A stretch of DNA of 64,000 nt from an uncultured Chloroflexia bacterium (GTDB lineage Bacteria; Chloroflexota; Limnocylindria; Limnocylindrales; CSP1-4), in contig CAVVNQ010000010.1 of assembly GCA_963749705.1 (NCBI GenBank), forward strand, positions 95,359-159,358. The letters run 5' to 3'. This document shows, piece after piece, positions 29,218-39,525 of this stretch; the first letter of the stretch is position 1; each line of letters opens with the position of its first letter. The notes under the pieces were generated by a model. The model was not told the DNA's origin. It saw nothing but the letters and a program-made list of their open reading frames with translations, and did no database searches. The translations under genes were made by a program, and so were the position numbers.

Positions 29218-30974
29218 CGCGCCTCGGGGCCCGCGGTTCTCGAGGCCAGCGTCCGGCGCAGCTGCGCGCCGCTGGTGATCGCGCCCTCCGACGCCGACGA
29301 GACGAGCGCCGCGTACTTGGCCATCGCGCCGGTCGTGTAGCGCGGCGCGGGCGGCGTCCAGCGCGCTCGGCGAGCGGCCAGCTCGGCCTCGGAAACCTCG
29401 AGGTTCAGCTGCTTCGCGTCGACGTCGACGACGATGGTGTCGCCCTCCTCGACCAACGCGATCGGGCCGCCGACCGCCGCCTCGGGCGCGACATGCCCGA
29501 GCATCAGCCCGTGCGTGCCGCCGGAGAACCGGCCGTCGGTGAGCAGCGCGACGCTCTCGCCAAGGCCCTCACCAACCAGCGCTCCGGTCACGCTCAGCAT
29601 CTCCTGCATGCCCGGGCCGCCGACAGGTCCCTCGTAGCGGATCACGACCACGTCGCCCTCGTGGATCCGCCGCTCGCGCACTGCGGCGAAGCACTCGGTC
29701 TCCGAGTCGAACACGCGCGCGGGACCCTTGTGGTAGCGGCGCTCGTGGCCGGCGAGCTTCACGATCGACCCCTCGGGCGCCAGGCTGCCCTTCAGGATCG
29801 CGTGCCCGCCGGTCTCCTTGATCGGCGTCTCGATCGGGTGGACGACCTGCTGGCCCGGCGTCTCGACGGCGTCGGCGGCGATCTTCGCGATCGTCCGCCC
29901 GTCGACCGTCTTCTCGTCGCCGTGGAGCAGGTCGCGCTTGAGCAGCTCGCGCATGACCAGGGCGACCCCGCCGGCCTCGTACATGTCGGCCGCCGCGTAG
30001 CGGCCGCCCGGCCGCATGTCCGCGATCAACGGCGTCCGATCGGCCACCTCCGAAAAGTCGTCGAGGGTCAGCGCGATCCCGAAGTCGGCCGCGATCGCCG
30101 GCAGGTGGAGCGCCGCGTTGGTGCTGCCACCGGTAGCCGATACCGACGCGATCGCGTTCTCGAGCGCGTTGCGGGTGACGATGTGCGACGGCCGGATGTC
30201 GTGGTGGACCAGCGTCATCACCAGCTCGCCCACGCGTCTGGCGGCCTCCTCCTTGGTCGGGTGCTCGGCCGGGATGCCGTTGAGCCCGGCGGGCGACAGC
30301 CCCAGGAACTCCATGACCGTCGACATCGTGTTGGCTGTGAACTGCCCGCCGCAGGCGCCCGCGCCCGGGCATGCCCCGTTCTCCGCCTCGTACAGCTCGT
30401 CGAGCGTGATCTTGCCCGCCCGGTAGGCGCCGATCGCCTCGAACACGGTGACCACGTCCGCCGGCCTGCCCTTGTAGGTGCCGGGCATGATCGTGCCGTT
30501 GTAGAGGACGAGGCCCGGGATGTCGAGGCGACCGAGCGCCATCGCCCCGGCCGGGATCGTCTTGTCGCAGCCGACCAGGCACACCAGGCCGTCGAACAGG
30601 TGGCCGCGCGCGACCAGCTCGATCGAATCCGCGATCACCTCGCGGCTGATGAGCGATGCCTTCATGCCCTCGGTGCCCATGGACACGCCGTCGCTGACCG
30701 AGATCGTGTTGAACTCCATGGGCGTGCCGCCGGCGGCCCGGATCCCCGCCTTCACGAACTCGGCCAGCCGGCGCTGGTTGAGGTTGCAGGGCATCGTCTC
30801 GATCCAGGTCGTGGCGACGCCGATGATCGGCTGGGCCAGGTCATCGTCGGTGAACCCGACCGCCTTGAGCATGGCGCGGGCCGCGGCCCGGTCCGGGCCG
30901 TCGGTCAGGGCGTGGCTGTGGCGCTTGCCGGGGTCGGTCGGGCGGCCGTAGGGGATCGGTCGGTCGGCGGTCAT
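29214..30974 (-). CDS. ilvD: Dihydroxy-acid dehydratase
   Basis: [33 protein letters not shown] and TDGRFSG motifs. Confidence 0.96.
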   Translation of the reverse strand: MTADRPIPYGRPTDPGKRHSHALTDGPDRAAARAMLKAVGFTDDDLAQPIIGVATTWIETMPCNLNQRRLAEFVKAGIRAAGGTPMEFNTISVSDGVSMGTEGMKASLISREVIADSIELVARGHLFDGLVCLVGCDKTIPAGAMALGRLDIPGLVLYNGTIMPGTYKGRPADVVTVFEAIGAYRAGKITLDELYEAENGACPGAGACGGQFTANTMSTVMEFLGLSPAGLNGIPAEHPTKEEAARRVGELVMTLVHHDIRPSHIVTRNALENAIASVSATGGSTNAALHLPAIAADFGIALTLDDFSEVADRTPLIADMRPGGRYAAADMYEAGGVALVMRELLKRDLLHGDEKTVDGRTIAKIAADAVETPGQQVVHPIETPIKETGGHAILKGSLAPEGSIVKLAGHERRYHKGPARVFDSETECFAAVRERRIHEGDVVVIRYEGPVGGPGMQEMLSVTGALVGEGLGESVALLTDGRFSGGTHGLMLGHVAPEAAVGGPIALVEEGDTIVVDVDAKQLNLEVSEAELAARRARWTPPAPRYTTGAMAKYAALVSSASEGAITSGAQLRRTLASRTAGPEAR

Positions 30975-31058
30975 CGGGTCCTCGCGGGTGCATCGGCGTG
31001 CATCGGGGTGCCGGTCGTACACGCAAGTATGGCGCCGAGACCGGCCACGCTGTCGCCG

Positions 31059-31165
31059 CAGTCCCGCGCCGGCCGACAGTCCCGCGCCGGCCGACAGTCC
31101 CGCGCCGGCCGACAGTCCCGCGCCGGCCGACAGTCCCGCGCCGGCCGACAGTCCCGCGCCGGCCG
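31059..31165. repeat. 18-bp tandem repeat (about 6 copies)
   Basis: CAGTCCCGCGCCGGCCGA x5 plus a 17-nt copy, between the protease stop and the ilvD promoter region. Confidence 0.95.
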
Positions 31166-31172
31166 GCGGCGC

Positions 31173-32348
31173 TCAGCGGATGCAGTCGCCGACGCTGACC
31201 TCGCTGGTCCGGCTCAACGCGGGCGCGATCCGCACGGCGACACTGGTCGCCGTCAGCGCATACCCGACCTGCGAATCGGTGCGCGACTCGGCGAACACGA
31301 TCCCGCCGATCGTCCCGTCCTCGAGGATGAACGGCCCGCCCGAGTCGCCCGGCTCGACGCCCGCGCGGAGCTCCAGGATGTCGCGGGTGATCCGACCGCG
31401 CCCGTAGATGTCGCGTCCGGTGGCGGAATAGTCGCCCGCCACCGCGGCAGGCAGCATCACCAGCGGCCCACCGCCCGCGTAGCCCAGGGCAGCGCCGACG
31501 CGCCCCCGGTTCGGATCCACGTTGGCGAACCGCAGCGCGGCGCCGTCGAGATGGGCGACGTGGAGGACCGCGATGTCGAAGTCGGGATCGAACATGACGG
31601 GCGTGGCATCGACGACGGTCGACCCGATCTTCGCCCGGATCGTCGTTGCGCCCGCCACGACGTGAGCGTTGGTGACCAGGTAGCCGGGGGCGATGATCGC
31701 GCCGGTGCCGGTGATCAGCGACGAGCACGCGCGGCTCGAGATCATGGCCGTGCTGCGCGCGGCGGCACCGGCGATCGCGGCGGTCTGGGCGTCGGTGGGA
31801 ACCGCGACCGGGGACTGCGGGATCGGCTCCAGCCCGACGAACACGTCCGGCAATCCCGAGGTGTCGAGGGCGGCGGCGATCTCGCCCACGACCTCGGTCG
31901 CCGGTGGCAGGAACCCGTCGAGCGTCCGGACCGCGACCGAGTTCGATGCCACGCGGCCCAGGGTCGGGATCGGGCCCGCCGCGAGCAGGCCGCCGGCAAG
32001 CCAGATGATCAGCAGCGCCTGGGCGGCCCCGATGACGCCGCCGATCGCACGTTCCATGGTCGAGATCACGCCGCGTCCGAGCCGCGCGACGGCGGAATGG
32101 CCCACCGCCGATCCGACGCCCTCGCCGATGGCGACGGCGCCGATGATCACGCCCAGGACGACCAGCGCCCGGGGGATGGGCTCGAGGGTGTGCGTTACGT
32201 CGACCAGCCACGGCGCTGCCGCGAGGGCCACGAGCAGCCCGGCGAGCGCGCCGCAGATGCCGCCAAGCTGGGGCAGCGCGCCGCTGCTGAAGCCGGCAAT
32301 GATGGCGAACACGATCAGGATCAGCGCGGCCACGTCGAGCAGGTTCAC
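31173..32348 (-). CDS. MarP-family membrane serine protease (CvpA + trypsin domains)
   Basis: N-terminal TM helices; TNAHVV, DIAVL and GDSGGP triad motifs. Confidence 0.9.
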   Translation of the reverse strand: MNLLDVAALILIVFAIIAGFSSGALPQLGGICGALAGLLVALAAAPWLVDVTHTLEPIPRALVVLGVIIGAVAIGEGVGSAVGHSAVARLGRGVISTMERAIGGVIGAAQALLIIWLAGGLLAAGPIPTLGRVASNSVAVRTLDGFLPPATEVVGEIAAALDTSGLPDVFVGLEPIPQSPVAVPTDAQTAAIAGAAARSTAMISSRACSSLITGTGAIIAPGYLVTNAHVVAGATTIRAKIGSTVVDATPVMFDPDFDIAVLHVAHLDGAALRFANVDPNRGRVGAALGYAGGGPLVMLPAAVAGDYSATGRDIYGRGRITRDILELRAGVEPGDSGGPFILEDGTIGGIVFAESRTDSQVGYALTATSVAVRIAPALSRTSEVSVGDCIR

Positions 32349-32393
32349 GCGTTGAGTATCGACGAGGTTCGCGGCACGCGTATCGCTGGGCGA

Positions 32394-33029
32394 TCAGCCG
32401 CCGACGACCACCTCGATCGGCGCGGCGTCGCCGGAGGCGCGCACGGTGTACGTACCGGGGTCGAGGGGACCAAGCGAGACCAGCGTCGCCTTGTACACCG
32501 CGATGTCGATGCACGCCACGTCGCGGGCGGCGCTGCCCTCGCGCACCGTGAGCGTGAACGTCGTCCCGTCGCGCGCGACATCGACCGTGGACAGGACGCT
32601 GCACGGCGCGACGCCGCTCCACCATGAGAGCCGGACCGTGACGTTCGGTCCGTCGACCCCAGCGCTCAGCGCGACGACGCCGATGTCGTGGACGTCGAAC
32701 AGGCCGCTCACGGGCGAGACGAGCGTGGCCTCGGCATCCGAGGGAGGGCCGACGGGACCGGAATCGAAGCCGCTGCCGCCGCCGCTCACGCCGCTGCCCG
32801 GGTCGCCCGGAACGCCGCCGCCGGTCTGACCCGGACCACTCTGGACGGGTGCGCCGGGGTCGCCCGGTGCGACGGCCGTGGGCATCGGGGAGGCGGCGAC
32901 GCCCGACGGCTCCGGCGTGCCGGTCTCGGGGGATGACGCAGAAGGGCCGACGGATCCGGCGCCACACGCGGCGAGCAGGATGGCAAGGCCGAGGGCCGGA
33001 GCGAGGAGCAGGCGATCGGGTCGAGCCAT
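32394..33029 (-). CDS. Putative lipoprotein
   Basis: Signal peptide with LAAC lipobox, Pro/Gly linker and a C-terminal domain with two Cys. Confidence 0.75.
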   Translation of the reverse strand: MARPDRLLLAPALGLAILLAACGAGSVGPSASSPETGTPEPSGVAASPMPTAVAPGDPGAPVQSGPGQTGGGVPGDPGSGVSGGGSGFDSGPVGPPSDAEATLVSPVSGLFDVHDIGVVALSAGVDGPNVTVRLSWWSGVAPCSVLSTVDVARDGTTFTLTVREGSAARDVACIDIAVYKATLVSLGPLDPGTYTVRASGDAAPIEVVVGG

Positions 33030-33037
33030 ACCCAGCA

Positions 33038-33063
33038 GACGCGTCCGCGTCTCGATCGGTTCC
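33038..33063 (-). promoter_or_regulatory. ECF sigma-type promoter of the lipoprotein gene
   Basis: GGAACC-N16-CGTC on the minus strand, 8 nt before the ATG. Confidence 0.6.
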
Positions 33064-33084
33064 GGGTCCCCGACGGCTCGGCCG

Positions 33085-33720
33085 TCAGCCGGCGCCGGTC
33101 GACGTGCCAAGCCGCGTGTCCACCCGCGGCGGATGGGCGGCCTCCCAGGCCGCGATGGCGTCATCCCTGGCCACCACGTAGCCGATCTCATCGGTTCCCG
33201 CCAGCAGCATCATCTTGGAGAACGGATCAATGTCGAAGTCGATCGTCGATCCGTCCGGCAGCAGGATGCCCTGTTCCGCGAGGTCGACCCGCAGCTCCGC
33301 GTCTGGGTCGTCGTCGAGCAGCTCGAACAGTCGCCGGTGCGTGTCCGGATCGACCACGATCGGCAGCACGCCGTTCTTGAGCGCGTTGCTCCGGAAGATG
33401 TCCGCGAACGAGGTCGACAGGATGGCCTCGATGCCCCATGCCCGGAGCGCCCACGGTGCGTGCTCGCGGGAGCTGCCGCAGCCGAAGTTGTCGCCGGCCA
33501 GCAGGATCCGGCGGCCGGACATCCCGGGACGGTCGATCACGAACGTCGGGTCGCGATGCGAGCCGTCCTGTGCGAACCGCCAGTCGCAGAACAGCGCGTC
33601 GGCGAGGCCTTCCTTGTCGGTCACCTTGAGATAGCGGGCGGGGACGATCTGGTCGGTGTCCACGTTCTCCGCGGGCAGCGGCACGACCTTCGACGCAAAG
33701 GAGCGGAAGCCTTCGGCCAC
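33085..33720 (-). CDS. leuD: 3-isopropylmalate dehydratase small subunit
   Basis: NVDTDQIVP, NFGCGSSREHA and SFADIF motifs. Confidence 0.95.
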   Translation of the reverse strand: MAEGFRSFASKVVPLPAENVDTDQIVPARYLKVTDKEGLADALFCDWRFAQDGSHRDPTFVIDRPGMSGRRILLAGDNFGCGSSREHAPWALRAWGIEAILSTSFADIFRSNALKNGVLPIVVDPDTHRRLFELLDDDPDAELRVDLAEQGILLPDGSTIDFDIDPFSKMMLLAGTDEIGYVVARDDAIAAWEAAHPPRVDTRLGTSTGAG

Positions 33721-33721
33721 C

Positions 33722-35164
33722 TCAGTACCCTCCGCCGGTGGTGACCAGGTCGGCGACCCCCGGGAGCGTCCGCGGGTCGGTGACGACGCCGCTCACCGCC
33801 GAGGCCGCAGCGGTCAGCGGCGACGCGAGGAACGTCCGCCCGCCCTTGCCCTGCCGGCCCTCGAAGTTCCGGTTGGACGTGCTGATCGCGTACTGCCCGG
33901 GTGACAGCTGGTCGCCGTTCATCGCGATGCACATCGAGCAGCCCGACTCGCGCCATTCGGCGCCCGCCGCCCGGAAGATCTCGTGCAGTCCCTCCCGCTC
34001 GGCCTGCCGCTTCACCTGCTGGGAGCCGGGGACGATCATCAGGCGGGTGCCGCTGGACACGGTGCGGTCCTTGAGGACGCCGGCCGCAAGCCGCAGGTCG
34101 CTGATCCGGCTGTTGGTGCACGAGCCGATGAACACCACGTCCACGGGCTGGCCCGCGAGCGCCTGCCCCGGCTGGAGACCCATGTACTCCAGCGCGCGCT
34201 CGATCGCCCGGCGCGCGACCGGATCATCGGCATCGGCGGGGCTCGGCACCCGGCCGGTGACGGGGATGCCCATGCCCGGGTTGGTGCCGTAGGTGACCAT
34301 CGGCTCGAGCTCGTTCGCGTCGATCACGATCGACCTGTCGAAGGCGGCGCCGTCGTCGGTGGGCAGCTCGCGCCAGCGCGCGACGGCGGCGTCCCACGCC
34401 TCGCCCTGCGGGGCATGCCGGCGGCCGTGGAGGTAGTCGAAGGTGGTCTCGTCGGGGCCGACCAGCCCGGCCCGCGCGCCGCCCTCGATGCTCATGTTGC
34501 AGATCGTCATCCGCTGCTCCATCGACAGCGCGCGGATCCCCTCGCCGCGGTACTCGAACACGTGGCCGGTGCCGCCGCCGATCCCGATCCGGGCGATCAG
34601 CGCCAGGATGATGTCCTTGGCGGAAACGCCGGCGCCGAGCCGCCCGTCGACGCGGACCTCGTACGTCTTCGGCCGGCGCTGGAGCAGCGTCTGCGTGGCG
34701 AGGACCATCTCGACCTCGCTGGTCCCGATCCCGAACGCCAGCGCGCCGAACGCGCCGTGGGTTGCGGTGTGCGAGTCGCCGCACACGATCGTCATGCCCG
34801 GCTGGGTCAGGCCCAGCTCCGGACCGATGACGTGGACGATGCCCTGGGTGTCGCTACCGAAGGCGTGGAGCGGGATGCCGAAGTCGCGGCAGTTCGTCTC
34901 GAGCTGGCTGATCTGCGCCGCGGCCTGCATGTCCAGCATCGGCAGGCCGCGCGGCGTGGTCGGGGTCGAGTGATCGGCGGTCGCCACGGTCTTGTCCGGC
35001 CGCCGGACCCCGAGGCCACGCTGGCGCAGGCCCGTGAACGCCTGGGGGCTGGTGACCTCGTGGACGAGGTGGAGATCGATGGCCAGGACGGCTGGCGCCC
35101 CCGGATCCTGGGCGACGACGTGGTCGTCCCAGATCTTCTCGACGAGGGTGCGGGGTCTGCTCAT
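33722..35164 (-). CDS. leuC: 3-isopropylmalate dehydratase large subunit
   Basis: [23 protein letters not shown] and [11 protein letters not shown] motifs. Confidence 0.96.
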   Translation of the reverse strand: MSRPRTLVEKIWDDHVVAQDPGAPAVLAIDLHLVHEVTSPQAFTGLRQRGLGVRRPDKTVATADHSTPTTPRGLPMLDMQAAAQISQLETNCRDFGIPLHAFGSDTQGIVHVIGPELGLTQPGMTIVCGDSHTATHGAFGALAFGIGTSEVEMVLATQTLLQRRPKTYEVRVDGRLGAGVSAKDIILALIARIGIGGGTGHVFEYRGEGIRALSMEQRMTICNMSIEGGARAGLVGPDETTFDYLHGRRHAPQGEAWDAAVARWRELPTDDGAAFDRSIVIDANELEPMVTYGTNPGMGIPVTGRVPSPADADDPVARRAIERALEYMGLQPGQALAGQPVDVVFIGSCTNSRISDLRLAAGVLKDRTVSSGTRLMIVPGSQQVKRQAEREGLHEIFRAAGAEWRESGCSMCIAMNGDQLSPGQYAISTSNRNFEGRQGKGGRTFLASPLTAAASAVSGVVTDPRTLPGVADLVTTGGGY

Positions 35165-35267
35165 GGCGGGGATCTGCTCTGCTGCGGCTCCGAGTGAACG
35201 GACAGCGTAGCAGCGCTCGTGTCAGGACCCGGTCCCGGTGTCCGGTGCATGGGTACTCGCGCCAATC

Positions 35268-35422
35268 CCCCGGGGCGCAGCTGGCGCTCGCGCCGAGCTC
35301 CCCGTGGCGCAGCTGGCCCCGCGGCGCAGCTGGCGCCTGCGCCGAGCTCCCCGGGGCGCAGCTGGCGCCTGCGCCGAGCTCCCCGGGGCGCAGCTGGCGC
35401 CTGCGCCGAGCTCCCCGGGGCG
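35268..35422. repeat. About 32-bp GC-rich tandem repeat (about 4.5 copies) with internal palindromes
   Basis: Unit CCCCGGGGCGCAGCTGGCGCCTGCGCCGAGCT; the first copies are degenerate. Confidence 0.9.
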
Positions 35423-36611
35423 TCAGGACCAGCGCCTCGTCCGTACCGTGATCCCTCCGAGGCATCAAGGCGGCACCTGCCGCGACCGAAATGCGTTGCC
35501 GTGTCTCCTGGTAGCGATCATTCGAGCCGGGATCACTCGATCCGCGACGCCCCCGGGGCGTCATCCAGCCGGCTTCGTTCTCGCATTGGCGTGGCTGCGC
35601 GCAGCGTTGCCCCGACCGCGTCCCGGTCATCGTCGGCCCAGCAACCGCACGCCATGGGCATCCAGCTGGGCCCACACGAGGGCGGGGCCTGGCCACGGCC
35701 GATCCCCGGTGAGGGCCGCGAGCGCGTCGTCCGGATGCGCCGGATACGCGACCATGATCTGACGGGCGAAGTCATTCGCGACCTCGACCGTGGCACGTGT
35801 GCGGCGCACGATGAGCAGCCGGGACACGGCCGGGGCGACCTCGAACTGCTGCCACCCGTCCCACGATGGCAGCGATGACGCCTTCTCCGTCGACCACCGG
35901 ATCAGCTGCTCCAGCCTCGGCAGGCCGGATTGGATCTCGGCGGCGACGAGAACGTGCGCCCGAGCGTCATGGAGTGCGCAATCGATCCACCCCCTTCCCG
36001 GCCGACGCACGGCCACCTCGGTGAACGGGTGCCAACGCTTGTCGATGGTGCCGAGCAGGCCCTCGAGGATCCTGGCCTGGTGCCGGTCGCGGATCGTCGG
36101 CCCCGTGGTCGGGTAGAGGCGGGCGCTCAGGTCCGCTCCAAGCGGGATGGCCAGCCGCGCGTAGGTCTCGATGCTGGGAGCCGATCTTCCGGCAAGGATG
36201 CGAGCGATGTAGGCCTGGGAGACGCCTGACCCGAGGGCAAGCGCACGCTGCGAGACGCCGGCGTCCTCGCACAGTCGCAGGAGATCCTCCGCCAGTCCGT
36301 TGCGAGCACGCATGGCTCGACGTCGCCAGGCTCCGTCGCGTCGTGCGCCGCTCATCGCTTCATCAAACCGGCTGGGACTTGCCTGGCACTTACGTGGCGC
36401 AACTCGGCGTTGGGACGGCCCCGGTTGCTTGACCCGCTGGCGCGTTCCCGATCGGCCGACGCTGCCGGGGCGTCGCGTTCCGCGCCAGATGGTCGGAATG
36501 ATCCCCGAGAGGCATCGAAGCTGCGTGTTTCGGCGTCCGATCCGTCGCGTTGACGCCGTCCAGGCGTCAGAGCGACCAGGGCCGCCCGATCCTGACGCCC
36601 CGGGGTGATCG
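35407..36611. mobile_element. Candidate mobile/selfish element: HTH-nuclease gene between mirrored palindrome arrays
   Basis: Perfect 16-bp inverted repeat at 35413-35428 / 36590-36605 and four TGACGCC-N5-GGCGTCA-like boxes at each end with mirrored spacing. No target-site duplication seen. Confidence 0.5.
35627..36355 (-). CDS. XRE-type HTH fused to a PD-(D/E)XK-like (restriction endonuclease fold) domain
   Basis: GVSQRALALGSGVSQAYIARILAG HTH, then TEV...GWID...AEIQS. Start at 36355 or 36313. Confidence 0.72.
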   Translation of the reverse strand: MSGARRDGAWRRRAMRARNGLAEDLLRLCEDAGVSQRALALGSGVSQAYIARILAGRSAPSIETYARLAIPLGADLSARLYPTTGPTIRDRHQARILEGLLGTIDKRWHPFTEVAVRRPGRGWIDCALHDARAHVLVAAEIQSGLPRLEQLIRWSTEKASSLPSWDGWQQFEVAPAVSRLLIVRRTRATVEVANDFARQIMVAYPAHPDDALAALTGDRPWPGPALVWAQLDAHGVRLLGRR

Positions 36612-36689
36612 CCGATCCACGCGGCCAGGGGTGAGCGCCGGTGCCCGCGCCGCCGAGGCGCTCGCTCGGTTGCGCATCGACGGGGGCGG

Positions 36690-36718
36690 TTGCGCACCCT
36701 TCCGATGGCGGCTAGACT
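36690..36718 (+). promoter_or_regulatory. Sigma70-type promoter of the ilv-leu operon leader
   Basis: TTGCGC, 17-nt spacer, TAGACT. Confidence 0.6.
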
Positions 36719-36759
36719 TCCCGGACCCGCCACTGGCGGGCGAACAGGAGCCAGGTCGC

Positions 36760-36978
36760 TTGGACTTCTTCCAGGGTCGGGATCGCCACGCAGTCGCCGT
36801 CGTCGTGACGTCGGATGGCCGCCGCGTGACCGTGCCCCTGCGCGACCTCGACGGCCACAGCTCCCTGCTGCTCGACCTTCTCCGCTCGCTCCTTGCCGGC
36901 CTTGACAGCCTTGTTGGGCTCCTCATTACCGGCTCCCGGCGGGAGAACGGAGGGACGCGGAGGGACGAGCGCCACTAG
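36760..36978 (+). CDS. Putative Leu/Val-rich ilv-leu leader peptide
   Basis: AGGAG RBS then TTG; 13 Leu and 7 Val including CTT/GTT/ATT codons; followed by a terminator. Start could be a later GTG. Confidence 0.65.
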   Translation: MDFFQGRDRHAVAVVVTSDGRRVTVPLRDLDGHSSLLLDLLRSLLAGLDSLVGLLITGSRRENGGTRRDERH

Positions 36979-37005
36979 GCGCAAGCGCCAACCGAGAACC
37001 AACGG

Positions 37006-37032
37006 GACCCTCGCCGGGTGGCGAGGGTCTTT
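37006..37032 (+). terminator. Attenuator terminator upstream of ilvB
   Basis: GACCCTCGCC-GGGT-GGCGAGGGTC-TTT. Confidence 0.8.
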
Positions 37033-37078
37033 GCATGTTCGGGAGGTCGCGGGACCACCCGGGCGGAGGGCCTGACGA

Positions 37079-38935
37079 ATGACGATGACGCGAGGGCAAT
37101 CGGCGGCCAGCCCGCCGGAACGGCGCAGCCACGTGCCGGCGGACGGCACCGCCACGGCCGCGGCGGTCGAGCGGGCTCGCAAGGCGATGCTCCACGAGGT
37201 CCGGCCGCGCAAGCGGACGCGGATCGGCGCCGACGCCCTGATGGAGGCGCTCGTGCGCCAGGGCACCGACGTCCTGTTCAGCTACCCCGGCGGCGTCATC
37301 CTGCCGATCTACGACATCCTGGCCGACTACCCCGAGATCCGGCACGTGCTCGTGCGGCACGAGCAGGGCGGCGGCCATGCGGCGGACGGCTACGCCCGCG
37401 CCAGCGGCAGGGTTGGCGTGTGCATGGGCACCAGCGGCCCGGGCGCGACCAACCTGGTGACCGCGATCGCCACGGCCCAGCTGGACTCGGTGCCCATGGT
37501 CGCCATCACCGGCAACGTGCCGGCGGCGCTGCTGGGCAAGGACGCCTTCCAGGAGATCGACATCACCGGCATCACGCTGCCGATGACCAAGCACAACTAC
37601 CTGGTCCGCAACGCCGACGACATCCCGCGGGTCGTCGCCGAAGCCTTCCACCTGGCCCGGAGCGGCCGCCCCGGCCCGGTCCACATCGACATCACCAAGG
37701 ACGCCCTCCAGCAGGAGACACGTGTCGAGCACCCCTCCCTCGAGGACGTGGTCGCCGAGCTGCCGGGCTTCCGACCCACGATCGAGGGCCATCCGAAGCA
37801 GCTCAAGCTGGCCGCACGGGAGATCGCGGCGGCCAGGCGGCCGCTCATCCTCGCCGGCCATGGCGTCCTGATCGCCGAGGCGTGGGACGAGCTGCGAGCG
37901 TTCGCCGAGAAGTCGCAGATCCCGGTCGCCTGGACGCTGCTCGGGATCGGTGCCATCGACGAGGAGCATCCGCTCGCCTACGGCTACATGGGGATGCACG
38001 GCTGGAAGCACGTCAACCGGGCCATCCAGAGCGCAGACCTGCTGATCGCGATCGGGATGCGCTTCGATGACCGGGTCACCGGCAACGTCCGGACCTATGC
38101 CCCGTACGCCCGGATCATCCACGCGGACATCGACCCGGCCGAGATCGGCAAGAACGTCGCGGTCGAGGTTCCCATCGTGGGCGACGCGTGCAACGTCCTC
38201 GCGGGCCTCACCAGGCTCGTTCCCGAGGTCGACCCCGCAGACCGCGCCGACTATCACGCGGAGCTGGCCGAGTGGCGCCGCGAGTCGGAAGCGGCGACAT
38301 GGCACGGCTCCGGGGCCTGGCGCGACGGCCTCCTGTCCGCCGACTTCGTGGTCAGCCGGATCGGCGACCTGACCGACCACGTGGCGACCTACGTGGCCGA
38401 TGTGGGGCAGAACCAGATGTGGCTGGCGCGCTACGCGAAGTTCCGGCGGCCGCACAGCCACCTGTCGTCCGGCGGGCTGGGCACGATGGGCTATGCGGTG
38501 CCGGCCGCGATGGGCGCCGCGCTGGGCAACCCCGACGCCGAGACCTGGGCGATCGTCGGCGACGGCGGCTTCCAGATGACGAGCCAGGAGCTGATGACCC
38601 TGGCCGCGGACCGGATCCCGGTCAAGATCGCGCTCCTCGACAACAAGAAGCTGGGCATGATCCGGCAGTGGCAGGAGATCGTGTACGCCGGCAACTACCA
38701 CTCCTCGCACCTGCCGGGACCCGACTTCGTCAAGCTCGCCGACGCCTACGGCATCCCCGCGTTCAAGGCGACCCGGACCGACCAGGTCGACGAGACGATC
38801 CGGGCGGCGCAGGCGATCGACGGGCCGGCGCTGATCTGGTTCGAGATCGCCGAGGAGCAGAACGTGTTCCCGATGATGCCGGCCGGCAAGGGCCTGTCCG
38901 ACCTGATCGAGACCTGGGGGGTGCCCGAGGAATGA
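37079..38935 (+). CDS. ilvB: Acetolactate synthase large subunit
   Basis: [29 protein letters not shown] and GDGGF motifs. Confidence 0.96.
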   Translation: MTMTRGQSAASPPERRSHVPADGTATAAAVERARKAMLHEVRPRKRTRIGADALMEALVRQGTDVLFSYPGGVILPIYDILADYPEIRHVLVRHEQGGGHAADGYARASGRVGVCMGTSGPGATNLVTAIATAQLDSVPMVAITGNVPAALLGKDAFQEIDITGITLPMTKHNYLVRNADDIPRVVAEAFHLARSGRPGPVHIDITKDALQQETRVEHPSLEDVVAELPGFRPTIEGHPKQLKLAAREIAAARRPLILAGHGVLIAEAWDELRAFAEKSQIPVAWTLLGIGAIDEEHPLAYGYMGMHGWKHVNRAIQSADLLIAIGMRFDDRVTGNVRTYAPYARIIHADIDPAEIGKNVAVEVPIVGDACNVLAGLTRLVPEVDPADRADYHAELAEWRRESEAATWHGSGAWRDGLLSADFVVSRIGDLTDHVATYVADVGQNQMWLARYAKFRRPHSHLSSGGLGTMGYAVPAAMGAALGNPDAETWAIVGDGGFQMTSQELMTLAADRIPVKIALLDNKKLGMIRQWQEIVYAGNYHSSHLPGPDFVKLADAYGIPAFKATRTDQVDETIRAAQAIDGPALIWFEIAEEQNVFPMMPAGKGLSDLIETWGVPEE

Positions 38936-39525
38936 GCACCGAACCCGTTCCGGGCACGACCGACGAGCAGCCCGCCCACGTCGCCCCGCCGCCCCGGGCC
39001 ATCCCCGGCAGCGGCGTCGCGCGGCGCCACATCCTGGTCGTGCTCGTGCTCGACAAGCCGGGCGTCCTCAACCGCGTCGCGAGCCTGATGCGGGCACGCA
39101 ACTTCAACATCGACTCGCTGGCCGTGTCGCGCACCGACAAGGCGCACATCAGCCGGATGACGCTGACCCTCCACGGCGACGACGTGGCGGTCGAGCAGGC
39201 CGCCAAGCAGCTCTACCGGCTGGTCGACGTGCTCAAGGTCCAGGACGTCAGCGCGGAGCAGCTGGTCGAGCACGAGCTCGCGTTCATCAAGGCGCGCGCG
39301 ACCGACGCCAACCGGGCCGAGGTGATCAAGATCGTCGAGCTGTACAAGGGGCGGGTCGTGGATATCGCACCGGAGTCGGTCATCGTCGAGGCGACGGGGA
39401 CCGAGGCCGAGATCGACGCCCTGGTCGCGCTGCTGCGCGGGTACGGGATCAAGGAGATGGTTCGGACGGGCGCGGTGGTGATGCTGCGCGGCGCCGGATC
39501 GATCGAGGAGGCACTCAAGCGATGA
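38932..39525 (+). CDS. ilvN: Acetolactate synthase small subunit
   Basis: [17 protein letters not shown] and EMVRTG motifs. Confidence 0.94.
   Translation: MSTEPVPGTTDEQPAHVAPPPRAIPGSGVARRHILVVLVLDKPGVLNRVASLMRARNFNIDSLAVSRTDKAHISRMTLTLHGDDVAVEQAAKQLYRLVDVLKVQDVSAEQLVEHELAFIKARATDANRAEVIKIVELYKGRVVDIAPESVIVEATGTEAEIDALVALLRGYGIKEMVRTGAVVMLRGAGSIEEALKR

Noticed and set aside
31059-31165. CRISPR array (also considered for 23044-23114 and 35268-35422)
   Set aside because: The repeats are head-to-tail with no unique spacers, and no cas genes are in the window.
29004-32627. 1207-aa plus-strand ORF with QSRAGR repeats
   Set aside because: Antisense shadow of ilvD and the protease gene; the repeats are the translated minisatellite.
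35165-35267. Leu leader peptide upstream of leuC (also sought upstream of ilvD)
   Set aside because: Short leaders with -10 boxes are present, but no regulatory-codon ORF or terminator was found.
35627-36355. Classical IS transposase
   Set aside because: No DDE, HUH or serine/tyrosine recombinase motifs and no target-site duplication are visible.
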